A stretch of 64,000 nucleotides of DNA. It comes from a virus (taxonomy: Duplodnaviria; Caudoviricetes). The notes below the pieces were generated by a model. That model worked only from the letters and a program-made list of their open reading frames with translations, ran no database searches and was not told the origin of the DNA. Every line of letters starts with the position of its first letter. Position 1 is the stretch's first letter. This document shows, piece after piece, positions 1-12,700 of this stretch. The DNA is taken from positions 1-64,000 of the IMG/VR virus record IMGVR_UViG_3300032247_001693. One strand, given 5' to 3'. Position numbers and translations under genes: made by a program.

Positions 1-264
1 ATCCTGTAGTATTACCTGGAACAAGCTGATGATTATTCTCCTGAGCAGGATTCTTAACAAAACCCTCTGGAGCAAACTCCCCAGCGATTACCAGTAGCAA
101 ATCACCCTGCCAGATAGCATCACCCTCAACACAACCTTCCGTAAAACGCACCTCCATACCCGGCTTAACCTTTTCGTCAAGTCCGTTACGGATATTCTCA
201 GCGTGCTTTTCAATAACATCAATCTCAGTCATAGTACCACTAGTCATAATAATCTCCTTAATGA

Positions 265-1131
265 TTAAGTTCTCGCAATAACGTTAAAACTCTTAACTTT
301 CGTATTCACAAGTTCTTGTGGACCCATCCAACTTTGTGCCTTATCGCACTTGGTAATATTGTCTGGAACTCCAAGAACAAACATTCTTCCCGTAGTACAA
401 GTAACCACTAATCTTTTGCCGTGCTTAGGTGTTGCATAAAGTGCTTCCTTAGTACCCTCTACATCGTTGTCTCTAGTATCAATACACTTTGCGTTGATAA
501 CTTTGAGATATTTGGGCCAACCATAGCGATCAATCATAATAGACTGAATATCACTATTAGTTTCCCCGTCAATCTGTGAGATTGTAAGGGTTTCTGGCCT
601 CATAACAATCTGTTCGGTCACAGTATGACCATTAATACTATATAGGGAATATCCGTCCCTATAAAGAACCGCTGGCCCACTCTCATTATGAAGAACATTA
701 TTCTCCAAATGCAATTCAAGCGGACGATGCTGAAAAAATACAGCATCTTCAAAACCATGCCACCAACCACAAGTTTCCGCTAACTTCATCAACCCAGTAA
801 TTGGGCGACAAGCTTCGATATTAAGCTCATTAAGCATAAAATCGTAGTAACTAAGCCAGCAAGCCTCTTGGTTGCCGAACATGGTTGCCTCCACGATATC
901 ATTCTTATTATCGGGCTTATACCTTTCATAAATCATTTCGATAGCCTGCTTGGGACTATCTGCTAGGAAAAACTCTTCTGGACAAACCAAACCCGCATAT
1001 TCATATGCTTGTCTAGCATGAGCCTTACTCGCCTCAAAATCACAAGGATCAGTATTTAGACCAATATTGATCCACTTGTCCTTATAATAGTCAAACTTTG
1101 CAATCTGTTCTGGAGTCAAACTATCAATCAT
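265..1131 (-). CDS. Phage protein, DUF6745-like
   Basis: 288-aa ORF with AETCGWW...LHNESGPAVLYRDG...LVVTCTTGR.F pattern, resembling DUF6745-type phage proteins. It has its own upstream TTGACA-N16-TATAAT promoter (about 1196-1223, minus strand). Confidence 0.55.
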   Translation of the reverse strand: MIDSLTPEQIAKFDYYKDKWINIGLNTDPCDFEASKAHARQAYEYAGLVCPEEFFLADSPKQAIEMIYERYKPDNKNDIVEATMFGNQEACWLSYYDFMLNELNIEACRPITGLMKLAETCGWWHGFEDAVFFQHRPLELHLENNVLHNESGPAVLYRDGYSLYSINGHTVTEQIVMRPETLTISQIDGETNSDIQSIMIDRYGWPKYLKVINAKCIDTRDNDVEGTKEALYATPKHGKRLVVTCTTGRMFVLGVPDNITKCDKAQSWMGPQELVNTKVKSFNVIART

Positions 1132-1219
1132 TTTTTAAAGTCCTCTTTCAAAGTTATGTAAACCAAACCAAACATTCCGTCCCACCTGTCATTTCATTAT
1201 ACCCTAGTATCGTCCTTTG

Positions 1220-1574
1220 TCAACCCGGTTCTGAAGTTTTTTTCGTAAGAGTTAGCGATCTACCTATATCATAAACTATTTGGTACATTGCTCCTCTATA
1301 TTTTTCTTCGCCCATATAAGTTATTCGCTGTAATTGAAGCCATATGCGGCTTGCTTGTTTATCAAATTGAGTTGAACCGAGCTTTTCATTAAGTGATTTC
1401 ATTTATAATTTGCATTTTAAGTTGTGATATAAATCTGTCTATACCTCTATGACCTATACTACAACCAAAATTTATAATTTGCATTCCAACGTCATATGTT
1501 ACATGCTTATCTTTTTCAGGCGTTATTTTTTCTTTAATTAATTTGAATATAAATTCTTTATTCATACTTTTCAT
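1220..1574 (-). CDS. Two coupled MKS-start mini-ORFs (1220-1402, 1389-1574), outliers of the MKS array
   Basis: They start MKSLNEK and MKSMNKE. The upstream ORF ends INEIT* overlapping the AATGAAATC start of the next, as in the 9.7-14.5 kb array. Confidence 0.65.
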
Positions 1575-4504
1575 GATTTATAAAACAACTCCTCTTTATC
1601 AAAATCTAAAGTTTGAAATTCGCCCCTAAAAACTAGATAGTTAAAAGGTTTGGGAAGAATATCTTGTACTAGTTTAAAGTGATGGAGTCCAGAGTTTGAC
1701 CTTACCATAAAATGAGGGATTTTGCTCTGAGGTCTATATCTAAAAAGAAACTGAGGACTATTTTTCATTTCGCTAAAAAATAAAACCAACCCACAAACTA
1801 AACAATTTCCATATTTCATTTTATTATTCTGCTGAACCCACAGGCTTATCACCAATTGTTTTTCTTGATTTAACTAATTCTTTTACAGCATTATCTGTTG
1901 TTATATTATTCATTACAGATTGAATATCTATGCTATTATGTACCAATAGAATAGATTTCTCAATAAGTATTAATTGATAAACTAGTCCGAATCCTATAGT
2001 TAGGATACAAATATAATAAAACGTTTTAACAGTATTAAGGAGGTATATCATGTGTTTCTTTCTGTGTGATGATTGGCCCAATTATTATAAATTAACGACC
2101 ACCCCTAGTCAATCTTTTTATCTTGCAAAAACTCGTTAATACTATCTCGTAATAGGGCTAATTCTTCCCTACTCATTGATGTAGAAGATTGAAGAGTAAT
2201 AGAATTAATTTGACCGTCTTTTGTTACATATTGTCTCATAACATCAAAATTAAATAAATTTAATACTCTATTGGTAGTATTAAAAACGAACTTAATATTG
2301 GTCATACTTTATTTCCAAATTTTTTCTGCAATCTAAGGTATTCTTTTTCTTCAAACTTTTCTCTTTTTGTTTTTTCTCTAGCCGCTATTTTTGCTTTTCT
2401 TTCTTTTTCCTTTTTTTCTGCTTTGATTCTATCGTCATACTCTTTATCGTTTTCTAGTCTTTCAACTATTATAATAAAATAAGGAGTATCACTCCCATCA
2501 AGATCATATTTACTATAGTTTAAATCTAAGTAAATATTTTTCATTGTTGGGGATTTAGATTTTGCCCAATCACACTTATCGTTTAATTGACAAATAATAT
2601 TTTCGAAACTTGCTCCATCAAAATCATGCAAACAAATTTCACCAACTCTGTCTTTTATATATTTTTTTGTCATTTTAATTTTCCTTTATTTTAGGTAAGA
2701 ACTTTATAAAGAAGTTTTACTAAGTTCAAGCATATGAGTCATAATTTCAAAAAAAGTATCTATGTGATAACAATCATTTTTTAATTTTCTTCTAGCATCA
2801 AAAACTTCAAGTAATTCATAATAGGGGCCAGCTACAATCTTATCAACTTGTCTTTCACATTTTTCTACAATGTAGTAAACTTCAAATGTACTCATAGTTT
2901 TCCCTCATATTTCTTTTTTAGTCGTGCCAACTCTCTTTTTTCTTTTGTTGCAATGTCTAAATGATATTTTTTAAGAGTAGACTTGATATATTCGGGTTTA
3001 TCTTCCAAAGAAAAAATGCAGATTTGATCTAGGTAATTCTCGCTGTATATATCATCGTCATCATCATCATCAAATTCTTCACTCATTTCCCCATAGATTT
3101 CCTCGTAAGCACCACAAATTGCGTCCTCTAATTCTTCCGTTCCATCATGGATGTAAATTGCCCCTGACGAATAATCGAAAAGGCTCAAACCACCCCCGTC
3201 ATCTCTTAGGACTATGTATCTTCCATCTTTAGGAAGTTTCGTCTCTTTTGCTTTTGCTTTTTTAGCCATGATTATCTACCTTAGTTAGTTCCCACCAATA
3301 CCCACTCTCAATATAATAAGTATAGACTTTGCACGATGATTTAGTATATGCCCGCCCACCATCAATCATATTACCATTCTTGAACTTTTTAAAATCGTGG
3401 CGATAACTGCTATATTCTAGCTCATTATCATCGTTTATCACCATACCAAAATAAATACCTTCAACTTTGTCGGCATTGCAAATTATTAAATTACGAGAAG
3501 AAGACAAGTCACGTGTGTCATCTCTTAAGCCAAAGTATTTATTACCAAACTCTGGGTGTGGGGTGGCCCTATAATATATATCCAGTGGCTGATCATCAAC
3601 ATATAGTTCTGTTGTGCAAACATACCACACTGGAACCCCATCCTTGGCAGAATAGTGCTTTTCTATTTTATCAATTGGGAACATTGGGTGGTGTTTTATG
3701 TTCATCTTTTATCTTTCTGAATATTTGGTGTTTAAAGGATGTAGCGTCTTCTACTAAATATTGTAGTTTTGTATATATGAATGAATTTACTCTTGTTGCC
3801 CACAAAACAAACCCATTTTTAATTTTATATCTAGTGTCATACTGATGTATTGCATTTTTTAAAGATTTCATACTTTTATTGGTTTAATTCCATCATAAGA
3901 CCATTGTTCAACAATATCCATATATAATGGTGCTGTTTGTCCACAACATTTACAAACCTGAGTATAATCTAATTCTTTATTTCCCGCCCGATCAACACCA
4001 TCTTTATTATATCCGTAACTATCATATCCTTCTGGATCATAAATATTATTGTTAGAATATTTCTCAAACCAATCTTGGTTTTTATAATATGCAAAATCTA
4101 CTGTTGGACTATATTTTCCTAACATAATTATCTCTTATATACCATATTCAAAAAATAAATTCAACTTTATAATATTCTTAAATAATATACTATCTCGAAC
4201 TTTATCTGATGTAAAAATACTTATTCTATTAGACATTGCCATTAGAGATATTTCTTTTACTAATTCAGTAGCAACTTTAGTTTTAGTATTCCTCTGATCT
4301 AATGTGTTTTTTAGATTGTTCATAAAAGTTTGTTTTCTTTCAAAATAGAGTATAGATTTTCTAAATCTTTTTCTTCTATTCTAATCTCGCTTGGATCACT
4401 ACTATTATAATTAAATACTCTAATTAGATATGGTTTATTTTTTACATTAACGTTGTGATGAATTTCGATAAGATCATATTCTAATTCTAGAGTTCTAACT
4501 TTAG

Positions 4505-4921
4505 TCATAGATTTTCCCACTCTTTCTCAATAACATCAGCAATAGTTTCGAAAGATTCCCCATTATCATTCATATCTGCTAGACTTTCATATTTTTGAGT
4601 CAGACAATTTTGTAATTCTCTATCTTGATCATGTATTCCACCCCAAATTATAACAGCCTCTGGCAATCTGCTGTTATCTCCATCAAAAGAATATGCCATA
4701 GTATCTGTTAAATCAAATATGTTTGGATGGTCTTCCTCTACTTCATTTAATTGTTTCTTTTTATTCTTTTTCATTTCACTTTGGTAAAGTTCACAAAGAA
4801 CTCCCAAACAACAATGCTGTATTGTGCCGTCTTCATATTTCTTTTTTAGTAGTCCCGCCCCCTGCTTATACCTGTCAGAACGCAGTTCATTTACCCACTT
4901 TTTCATAACTGTTTTTTTCAT
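4505..4921 (-). CDS. Hypothetical phage protein, paralog of 8343-8753
   Basis: Shares MKKTVMKKWVxxLRSxx(Y/F)KQG...HCCLGVLCELY...MND.G..F.TI...IEK.WE.L with 8343-8753. Confidence 0.7.
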   Translation of the reverse strand: MKKTVMKKWVNELRSDRYKQGAGLLKKKYEDGTIQHCCLGVLCELYQSEMKKNKKKQLNEVEEDHPNIFDLTDTMAYSFDGDNSRLPEAVIIWGGIHDQDRELQNCLTQKYESLADMNDNGESFETIADVIEKEWENL

Positions 4922-5388
4922 TTTACTGTCTCTCTTTCCTCTTTACATTTATCACATAAAGTAACAATCCATCCACCCTTATTGGGTTTTCCCTTTTCTC
5001 CACAATTTTCACAAATCTTATAACTAAAAGTCTCTGCCATACTAATCAGCCCATTAATATAATCATCTCCACCACTAATATATACTCTTAAACCGCCAAA
5101 CTTTTCTTTGATTTGGTCGAATGTTACTGGATTATATTCGTAGTTTTCACAATTAGCAACTTTATAGTTTTCATTTTTCTCGTGATTGTTAATCATATAA
5201 CATAGGGAAAATAATATGTCATACCAACCAATACCACACTCTACCCCAAAACTCATGCAGCTTTCACTTGGGGATTTACTTTTATTGATAAATAGATTAG
5301 GATATTTCTCATATAGAGTATCCCATGTTTTTTCTGTTGTCATTTTATGTGTATTTTCCGTTGTTTTTCGCAAACTGGTAGTAATCAT
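4918..5388 (-). CDS. Conserved hypothetical phage protein (QIKEKFGGLR motif, C-terminal CxxC...CxxC)
   Basis: GW..I...L, QIKEKFGGLRVY and CENCG...CDKC motifs are visible in the translation. Confidence 0.6.
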   Translation of the reverse strand: MITTSLRKTTENTHKMTTEKTWDTLYEKYPNLFINKSKSPSESCMSFGVECGIGWYDILFSLCYMINNHEKNENYKVANCENYEYNPVTFDQIKEKFGGLRVYISGGDDYINGLISMAETFSYKICENCGEKGKPNKGGWIVTLCDKCKEERETVK

Positions 5389-8342
5389 TATAGCTCAAGC
5401 GGCTCAAGCTGTCAATAGCCAACTAAACATTATTGTCAACTTTCAAACTATTTTCCTCACTAAAATCTAAAAGGTCTGGATTAATAAGATCAATCATATA
5501 GTCTTGTATTAAAGCATAAACAAGGTCTGGAGTAATACTATTTTCTTCAACATCCATAATATCAGAAAGAATTCTAATAACTAGATCATTGACCTGATTA
5601 AAATTATTCCGGTCAAGATTTTTTAATTCTTCTTTAATGTTAACTTCGGACATATTGTGTCCATATTTCATAGCAGTTATCAGTTGGGAGATAAACTATT
5701 ATTTTTCCATTGACTGGTATTTTTGATCTATATAAATTAATAAAATGTCTACAAGACCAGAATACAGATTTTTTTTCATCAAGATATCTTAATGCGACAT
5801 CATGTTCCAAAGGAAACGGATTTAAAGGATCATTAGGACCATAATATGATAAATAAATTTTATGTCCCTGAATTTTTCCCAATAAAGGTCTAGTAAACGG
5901 TCTAATAAACATAAATTAATCCTCCCATGAAATATCTTTTAAAAGTCCTAGTATTCTTCGTGCCAGTGCTGCCCCGCCCACAATTCTACCATCATTATAA
6001 TCTTCGCCGTATCCACCGCTAGCTTCGTGATCTTTTTGATCTTTAATCTTTTCATTACATAATGAGATTATTGCCGCTAGTTTGTCTGAATTAAGTCCCA
6101 TGATTTATCTCCATTTTAAAACCTATTTATTCTCCCCGTTAATAATCCACTCAAATTTAGGGTCGCCGTCTGGATCATTAACCCATTTTGCAACACCAGC
6201 TTTTACAGCAGTTTTTTTAAACTCATTATCTTTGATGTTACTTCCAATAAAAATTCCCACAAGAAATGACAGCATGGCTACGGTCACTATAATGACCAGT
6301 ATAGTACCTGCTGGATCAACATTATCTCTAGAATAATACATTTTTATTATCCCCTATAAATTAAATTTTAATAGTGGTGTGTAAAACTATAACACAAAAC
6401 CAATTGAGCCACGAATACTCAACTGAACTTTTGAACAAAGTATTAACTGCCCAAATTTCAATAAAGGGACCAACCACTAATAAAAATAGTGCAACCACAA
6501 TAATTAGCAAAATTAGTAGACCATAAAATGAGTTGCTATATTTGACATCTTCTTCGTCATACTCTGGTCTGGGAGCAGTTGTAATTTTAAACATTATTTA
6601 ACGTCTTTCATAAGATTTTTTGTAGTTAAAATTGTAATTTGGATTTCAGCTTCTTCATCATTGTCTACCAAAAAAATTGAAGAGCCAGATACTCTTACTT
6701 TTCTATTCATGCCTTCGCTGAAATTCAGACAATGTTCATAACCTTTGTCATCCACCCACGAAAGAAAGAGGAATTCGTTTTCATCTTCACCAGTATAAGG
6801 GCCATATTCTGATACCATTGGGAGAGTTACAGCCAATCCATTATCAATAATTACTGCACTAGCATCCTTGAGAATCTTCCACGCTTCTTTTAGCGTAATT
6901 GTTTTCCCAGATTCCTCGTCAATAGGTAATTCATCTTCTTTGATTTTCATTTTGTTATCCATATTTTCTGTAAAATTTTTAAGTTTTCTTACTAATTCTT
7001 GTCCAACATGAATAGGTTTTTCTAAATGATCAGTGATTTCTTTGACTAGTTTAAATTTATCGATTGATCCAGAACTCTCGACTAATCCAAGTATTCTAGT
7101 TAATAACTCTCTATCTGTTAAGTTCATTTTTAAGCTCCTTGTTGATAATGCGTTTCATTTTATATATTATTTTATGACAATATGTGTAAATTAAAACTAA
7201 TTCTTTCTGTATTTTGTTTTGTACTAATTGCTCGACACAATGCGTGAATTTTTCCCCATTATGCCAATCCCAAATACCACTAGGACTATACCAAAGATTA
7301 CTATGCTTTAGTCTAGGGCGATAATCTAGTTTTTCATGTATTGATTTAAGTATAGTCATAATTCTCCCTTAATCCACGAAACATCTTGAAATCTTGGAGA
7401 AGGTAAAGAATTATTATCGCTAACAATTAGCCTCCAATATCCCCACACAATAATTACTGTACCATATGTTGGTGGCACCTCATCATCAACCCAATATATA
7501 ATTCTATCACCATGATCTAGTGTAAATTCCTGCCCCCTTGGTTCAGATTGATATAAACCAACAACTAATAGTAAAGATAAAATCAGAGATATATTTCGGC
7601 TATGAATCACTGCTCACATCCCATTTTTTCAATTCTGTTGCTTTATATTTATAGGTATTTCTTGTTTCTGGTGGTCTAGACTGTGGAGCATTAAATACTT
7701 GCACATTAATAATCTTTTCTATTCTATCTTTGAGTCTCAATAAATCATCATATTTTAAAAACTTTACTGTTTTAAGAGTAGTAAAATTAATATTATCTTT
7801 AGTTTGATCAAAATCTATATGATAACTTTGACCATTATCAGTAGTATAAATATTAGAGACTATCATTGGTTGTTGTCTTTTGATGATCTAGCTAATAGTT
7901 CTCGTAGAACATACGAGGTATTGAGTTCCATGCCATATACAGCATTAAGTTCAATAGACGCTTCCATTATAGCCTGCCGCTCACTATCTGTCAAGGCGAC
8001 CAGAGGCTGAATCTCGCCCCCAGCACATTTTTCGCGGTGAACAACTGCTTCCTTATAAGATTCAAATATTTTATAAGAATCTGGTTGATTAACTATCCAA
8101 GCAACTGTCATTATTATTTTTCCTATAAATAAATTCCCACCCAGATAAATCTATATCACTACCAATAGTTTGTTTAATTTTATTTGAGATATCTAATGCA
8201 TTATCTGTGATTTTATTCACAGCATCTTTTCCAGCTTGGGCGCAAAGTCCCATCTCTAACATACTAGCATCATTCATAACATGATAGATAATACTTTCCC
8301 ACTGTTCTTTTGTAAAAGCAATTGCTTTATTTTCATTGGTCA

Positions 8343-8753
8343 CTATAGCTTCTCCCAGTTTTTCTCGATAAAATTACCAATAGTTGTAAATCTTTTTCCA
8401 TCATCATTCATTTCTACTAAGTTTAGTGGTTCAGTAGAGTCATAAAATTTTCCATACTCATTACTTACGCCGCTCCAATTCATAACTTTTTTAGGAAGAG
8501 TATCCTGTATCCCATCAAAACTATGCGTCAAACTATGCGTCCCTTGTTTTTCATAATATTCATTTGTAGTGGTTTCTTTTAGTTTTTTCTTTTTATTCTT
8601 TATCATCTCTTCATTATACAACTCGCAAAGAACTCCTAAACAACAATGATTAACTTTTCCTTGAGGATTAGTTTTTTTAAGCTGTTCTTTTCCCTGCTTG
8701 AATTTACCGGATCGAAGTGCTTTAACCCACTTTTTCATAACTGTTTTTTTCAT
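8343..8753 (-). CDS. Hypothetical phage protein, paralog of 4505-4921
   Basis: Direct alignment with 4505-4921. Confidence 0.7.
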   Translation of the reverse strand: MKKTVMKKWVKALRSGKFKQGKEQLKKTNPQGKVNHCCLGVLCELYNEEMIKNKKKKLKETTTNEYYEKQGTHSLTHSFDGIQDTLPKKVMNWSGVSNEYGKFYDSTEPLNLVEMNDDGKRFTTIGNFIEKNWEKL

Positions 8754-9731
8754 TATTTATTGTTCCTTATACTATTTTGTTGACAAGTTCTTCCATTTTG
8801 CTCCATTCATTGACAATATTAGCTGCTTCTTTTTGCATTTCGATACTATCAATTGCTAGAATAGCATAAACCGCAATTGCAGTTTTTACTTCTTGGATTT
8901 GAATATTAGAAAGAGCAGCATTGTGTTTGCTTAAATTTTTTTGGACTTGTTTTAGTGTTTCTATCATATTAGTAATTTTTTTCATTTAATTTATTCCTTT
9001 TCATTTATAATGGCAAATGCTTCTTCACTAACATTTGAATCCATACATGCGTCGGCAGCATACTCCGCCATTACACTTTTAACTAGTTTAATTTGAGCAT
9101 TGGATAATTTTCCATATGAACCTAGTTTTTGACAATCTTCTTGTAACTTTTTAAGTAGTATTTCAATCATTTAATTTAACCTCTTATTATAATTCTTAAT
9201 AATTTTTCGCAATTTTATCACAAAATCCACATTTGGATTTTCCCCGTAAACATTAACTAGTCTGTCATATAGCCACTGTAGAAATTCTTTGTCTCTATCT
9301 GTGTCTGTGTATGTGTCTGTCATTATTTCTTCTCCAGATTTTTCCAGCAAAGGCTTAATAATATCTTTTAATCTAGTTACCATTTGGTTATGTTCATCCG
9401 CCCCACAATTACATTTCTTCTCAAATCTATCATTATAACAACCATCATCCGACATAGGACAACAATACCATGTATCTTCACAAGAATAGTGGGATCGTCG
9501 AGATAGTGTTAGCAACTGTTCTATTGCCTCTTTTTGATCTTGTGTCATTTGTCACCTAAATATTTAAGAATAAAATTAGCAAAGTCTTTAAGTTTTTCAC
9601 TATCAAATGTAAAATCTACATTACTATCTTTATCATCATTATAAATAGTGATATGATGACGATAACTATCGGTCTTATAAGTATCAATTACAAGTTCAAT
9701 ATTTCCATTGATCCAGACTTTACGATGAGTA

Positions 9732-12700
9732 TTATTTTCCATTTTTGTACTCCTCTTTCCAAACCGTTTTGAGCCAAGGTAAATCAAATCCATCATACCA
9801 CACTTCAACCAGCGTGTCAACTAGCTTATCTAGAATTGTGCGTTTTGCGTAATAGTTTTTGTGTAATTGACGTTTAATTTGATATGCATTTTTATATGTC
9901 ATAGAATAAACTCTATCATCTATAAAAGTATCAGCAATTATGTCAAATTCTTTCTCTTTTAGATAATCATATATTGATCTTTTCATAATCAAACATTTAT
10001 AATTTATTGATTTCATTGAGACTATCCACTTCAAGATAGTCAACACTATCTTTATGACAAGAAAAAAACTTCCCAGTACCAGTAAGCCTACTATATAGAT
10101 TAATATGGTCAAAGTCTTTGTCAAATTGTTCGTTTTTAACTATTTTACCTCGAAAAAAATTTCCACTTTTTAGGTAAACTGTGATAATATGCTTATCCAT
10201 AGCCACGCCGCTATCAATAGCTTTAATAAGATCAGATATATTCATATTTATTTCCTTATTTGTGGTAACAGGCCAACAACCCCATTATACAACATCGACA
10301 GCAACCTGTCAAGACTTGATCTTTTTTTGGTTTTGGGAAGTTGCCGTAAATGATTATTAATTTGAAGTCTTAGTAAAGTATATAAATTATAGTTTGCACT
10401 TATTGTTGATATTATTAGTAGTTCTGGCTCCCCCAAGGCAATATTATATAGCATCCTATCTTGCATCAAAGTATATATGCTCCACTCTGAGTATTTATAA
10501 TAAGAATCTGTTGGAAATTTATTTTTTATTGATTTCATTTTCTTTCCTAAGTTGTATCTTTACCTCTAACCAATAATCTATCAACATTATTCCTCCAAGT
10601 TTATGTTGGAAGTAACTTTTTAATCTGAATGGATAAGACGATAGTAAAGAATGTTTTAATCTAATGTCTTGGGAATTTTTCATTTACAATAAACTTTACT
10701 AAATGATCTACATCTGGCTTATAAAAATAATATCCTAGTTGGTTTTTATTAAATTGATTTAGTACGACAATATTAATTGGAATACATAATGCTAGAATTT
10801 TACGGTGTTTTGATTTCATTTTAAAATATTGCCTTGTCATAAACACTTTATGGTTCTTCATTTATTCTCAGTGGTTTGAGAATTTTGTTTATTATTTCAT
10901 GATTATAAAGAAGATCCTCAAAATTACATCTTTTATCTCTCTTAAGTTTTAATTTATATCGACCAGTATGAGGCGGATCAAAACATTTACTAATTTTATT
11001 TTTTTGTGATTTCATTTTGAATTTTCTTCTATATTTATAAGTACTTTATAGGTAATATTCTGATATATATCATATATTTTTTGTCCACTATGAAATAAAA
11101 CATAGTTTGATTTAATATATAAATTTTTTAGTAGAGAATTATCTCCATGAATATTTGTGATAGCCATTTTGCTTTTTATTGATTGCATCTGTTTCATTTT
11201 ATTATTTTTTAAATCTAACGCCAGAAATCACAATACTCCTTATAATACTCGTCATAAATTTTTTTACATACATTTTGCTTAATTAGATTATAAACTTCCA
11301 TGTTAAGACCTTTCCAAACAATATATTCATTTTCAATGATTATAATTTCGGAATAAAGAGAGTGATGTTGGGAATAAAGAAAGTGATGTACGTCGTATAA
11401 TGATTTCATTTAATTATATTTTGCCTATAATATCCATAATCATTTCTAATTTTATACTCTATTGTACCAGATATTGTAGAGATTATAAATATTTTATTTC
11501 TAATTCTTTGATCAATAAAAATGCTTATCAGATTTAATATCAAATAATTATGATTTGGACGAAGAAATAACCAAGGATTTAGGTTTTTTCTAAATATTTT
11601 ATCTAATGATTTCATTTATAACCTGCTCTTTTACTGCAATAGCTAAAGTATTACTTTCATATGATGTTGTATGTTTTCTAATAGTATCTCTAATAGTATG
11701 AACTACCCTATTAGCAATAGAAATAAATGAATTGTGTCTTACTTTGTCTAGTTTTTTATGTAACGATTTCATTACGACCCTATTACTTATACAGGAAATA
11801 TCATCATCGTTGCCAAACAAAGTTTTAATTTATTTATGTGAATAAATAGTGTTTTTCCTCTTATTTGACTATTTATAATGTCACTAATATTATAATTAAC
11901 CATACTATAAACACATACAATTCCGGGAGGAGTCCCTATTTTTTTATGTAATGATTTCATTTAAATCGGCCAACCCCCTCTGTAATTCATTAGTTATTCT
12001 ACTTTCTATAAAAAATATTGGATTTCTAATCTCCTTTATTGCTTTTATTCTAATATCTACAGAAACTTGTTTGTATATTGAATTAAGCGGCTCAACTAAC
12101 AAACTAGAAGTAGATTGATATTCATTATTTAATTTTCTATGTATTGATTTCATTTCTTATTCTTGTTATGATTAAAAGAAGATAATTTAGATAAATATTC
12201 AATACAACTATTACAAATTAATTTATATTGACCCTTTTTATTAAAACCATATTGATCAACTGGTTTAGTTATTCTACAGTGCTGACAACTCTTTTGTCCA
12301 TTAACTTCTCTTAGACATTTTTGATTAGTATTTCCGTATTTAGATTTCATTTAAATCGGCCAACCACTTTCATTTAGTATTCTTATGTTTATCCGATAAT
12401 ATATACGATTCGTTATAATCATTTCATTAGTAAGTTTGGGTATTATTAAGTTGTATCTAACGTGATATGAAACTTCTTTATTGATCTTGATAATATTTAT
12501 AAATTGATATTCATTAATACCATCATAATTCCATACCCAGCCAGTAAGATTTCTTATTCCAGTAAATCTTTTATGTATTGATTTCATTTTTGATATGTTT
12601 TAGTAGTATATATTTAATCAAGTGCGGATCATCCTTGTCTGTTAAAAATTTGGCATATATAGATTTGTAAAAATTAAATGCGGGATTAGCGAGATTAACT

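Larger units (their letters stand above)
1571..9820 (-). other. Dense operon-like run of small hypothetical phage ORFs (about 60-180 aa)
   Basis: Consecutive minus-strand ORFs with overlapping or abutting start/stop codons and GGAG/AAGG Shine-Dalgarno motifs. No recognisable catalytic motifs. Confidence 0.7.
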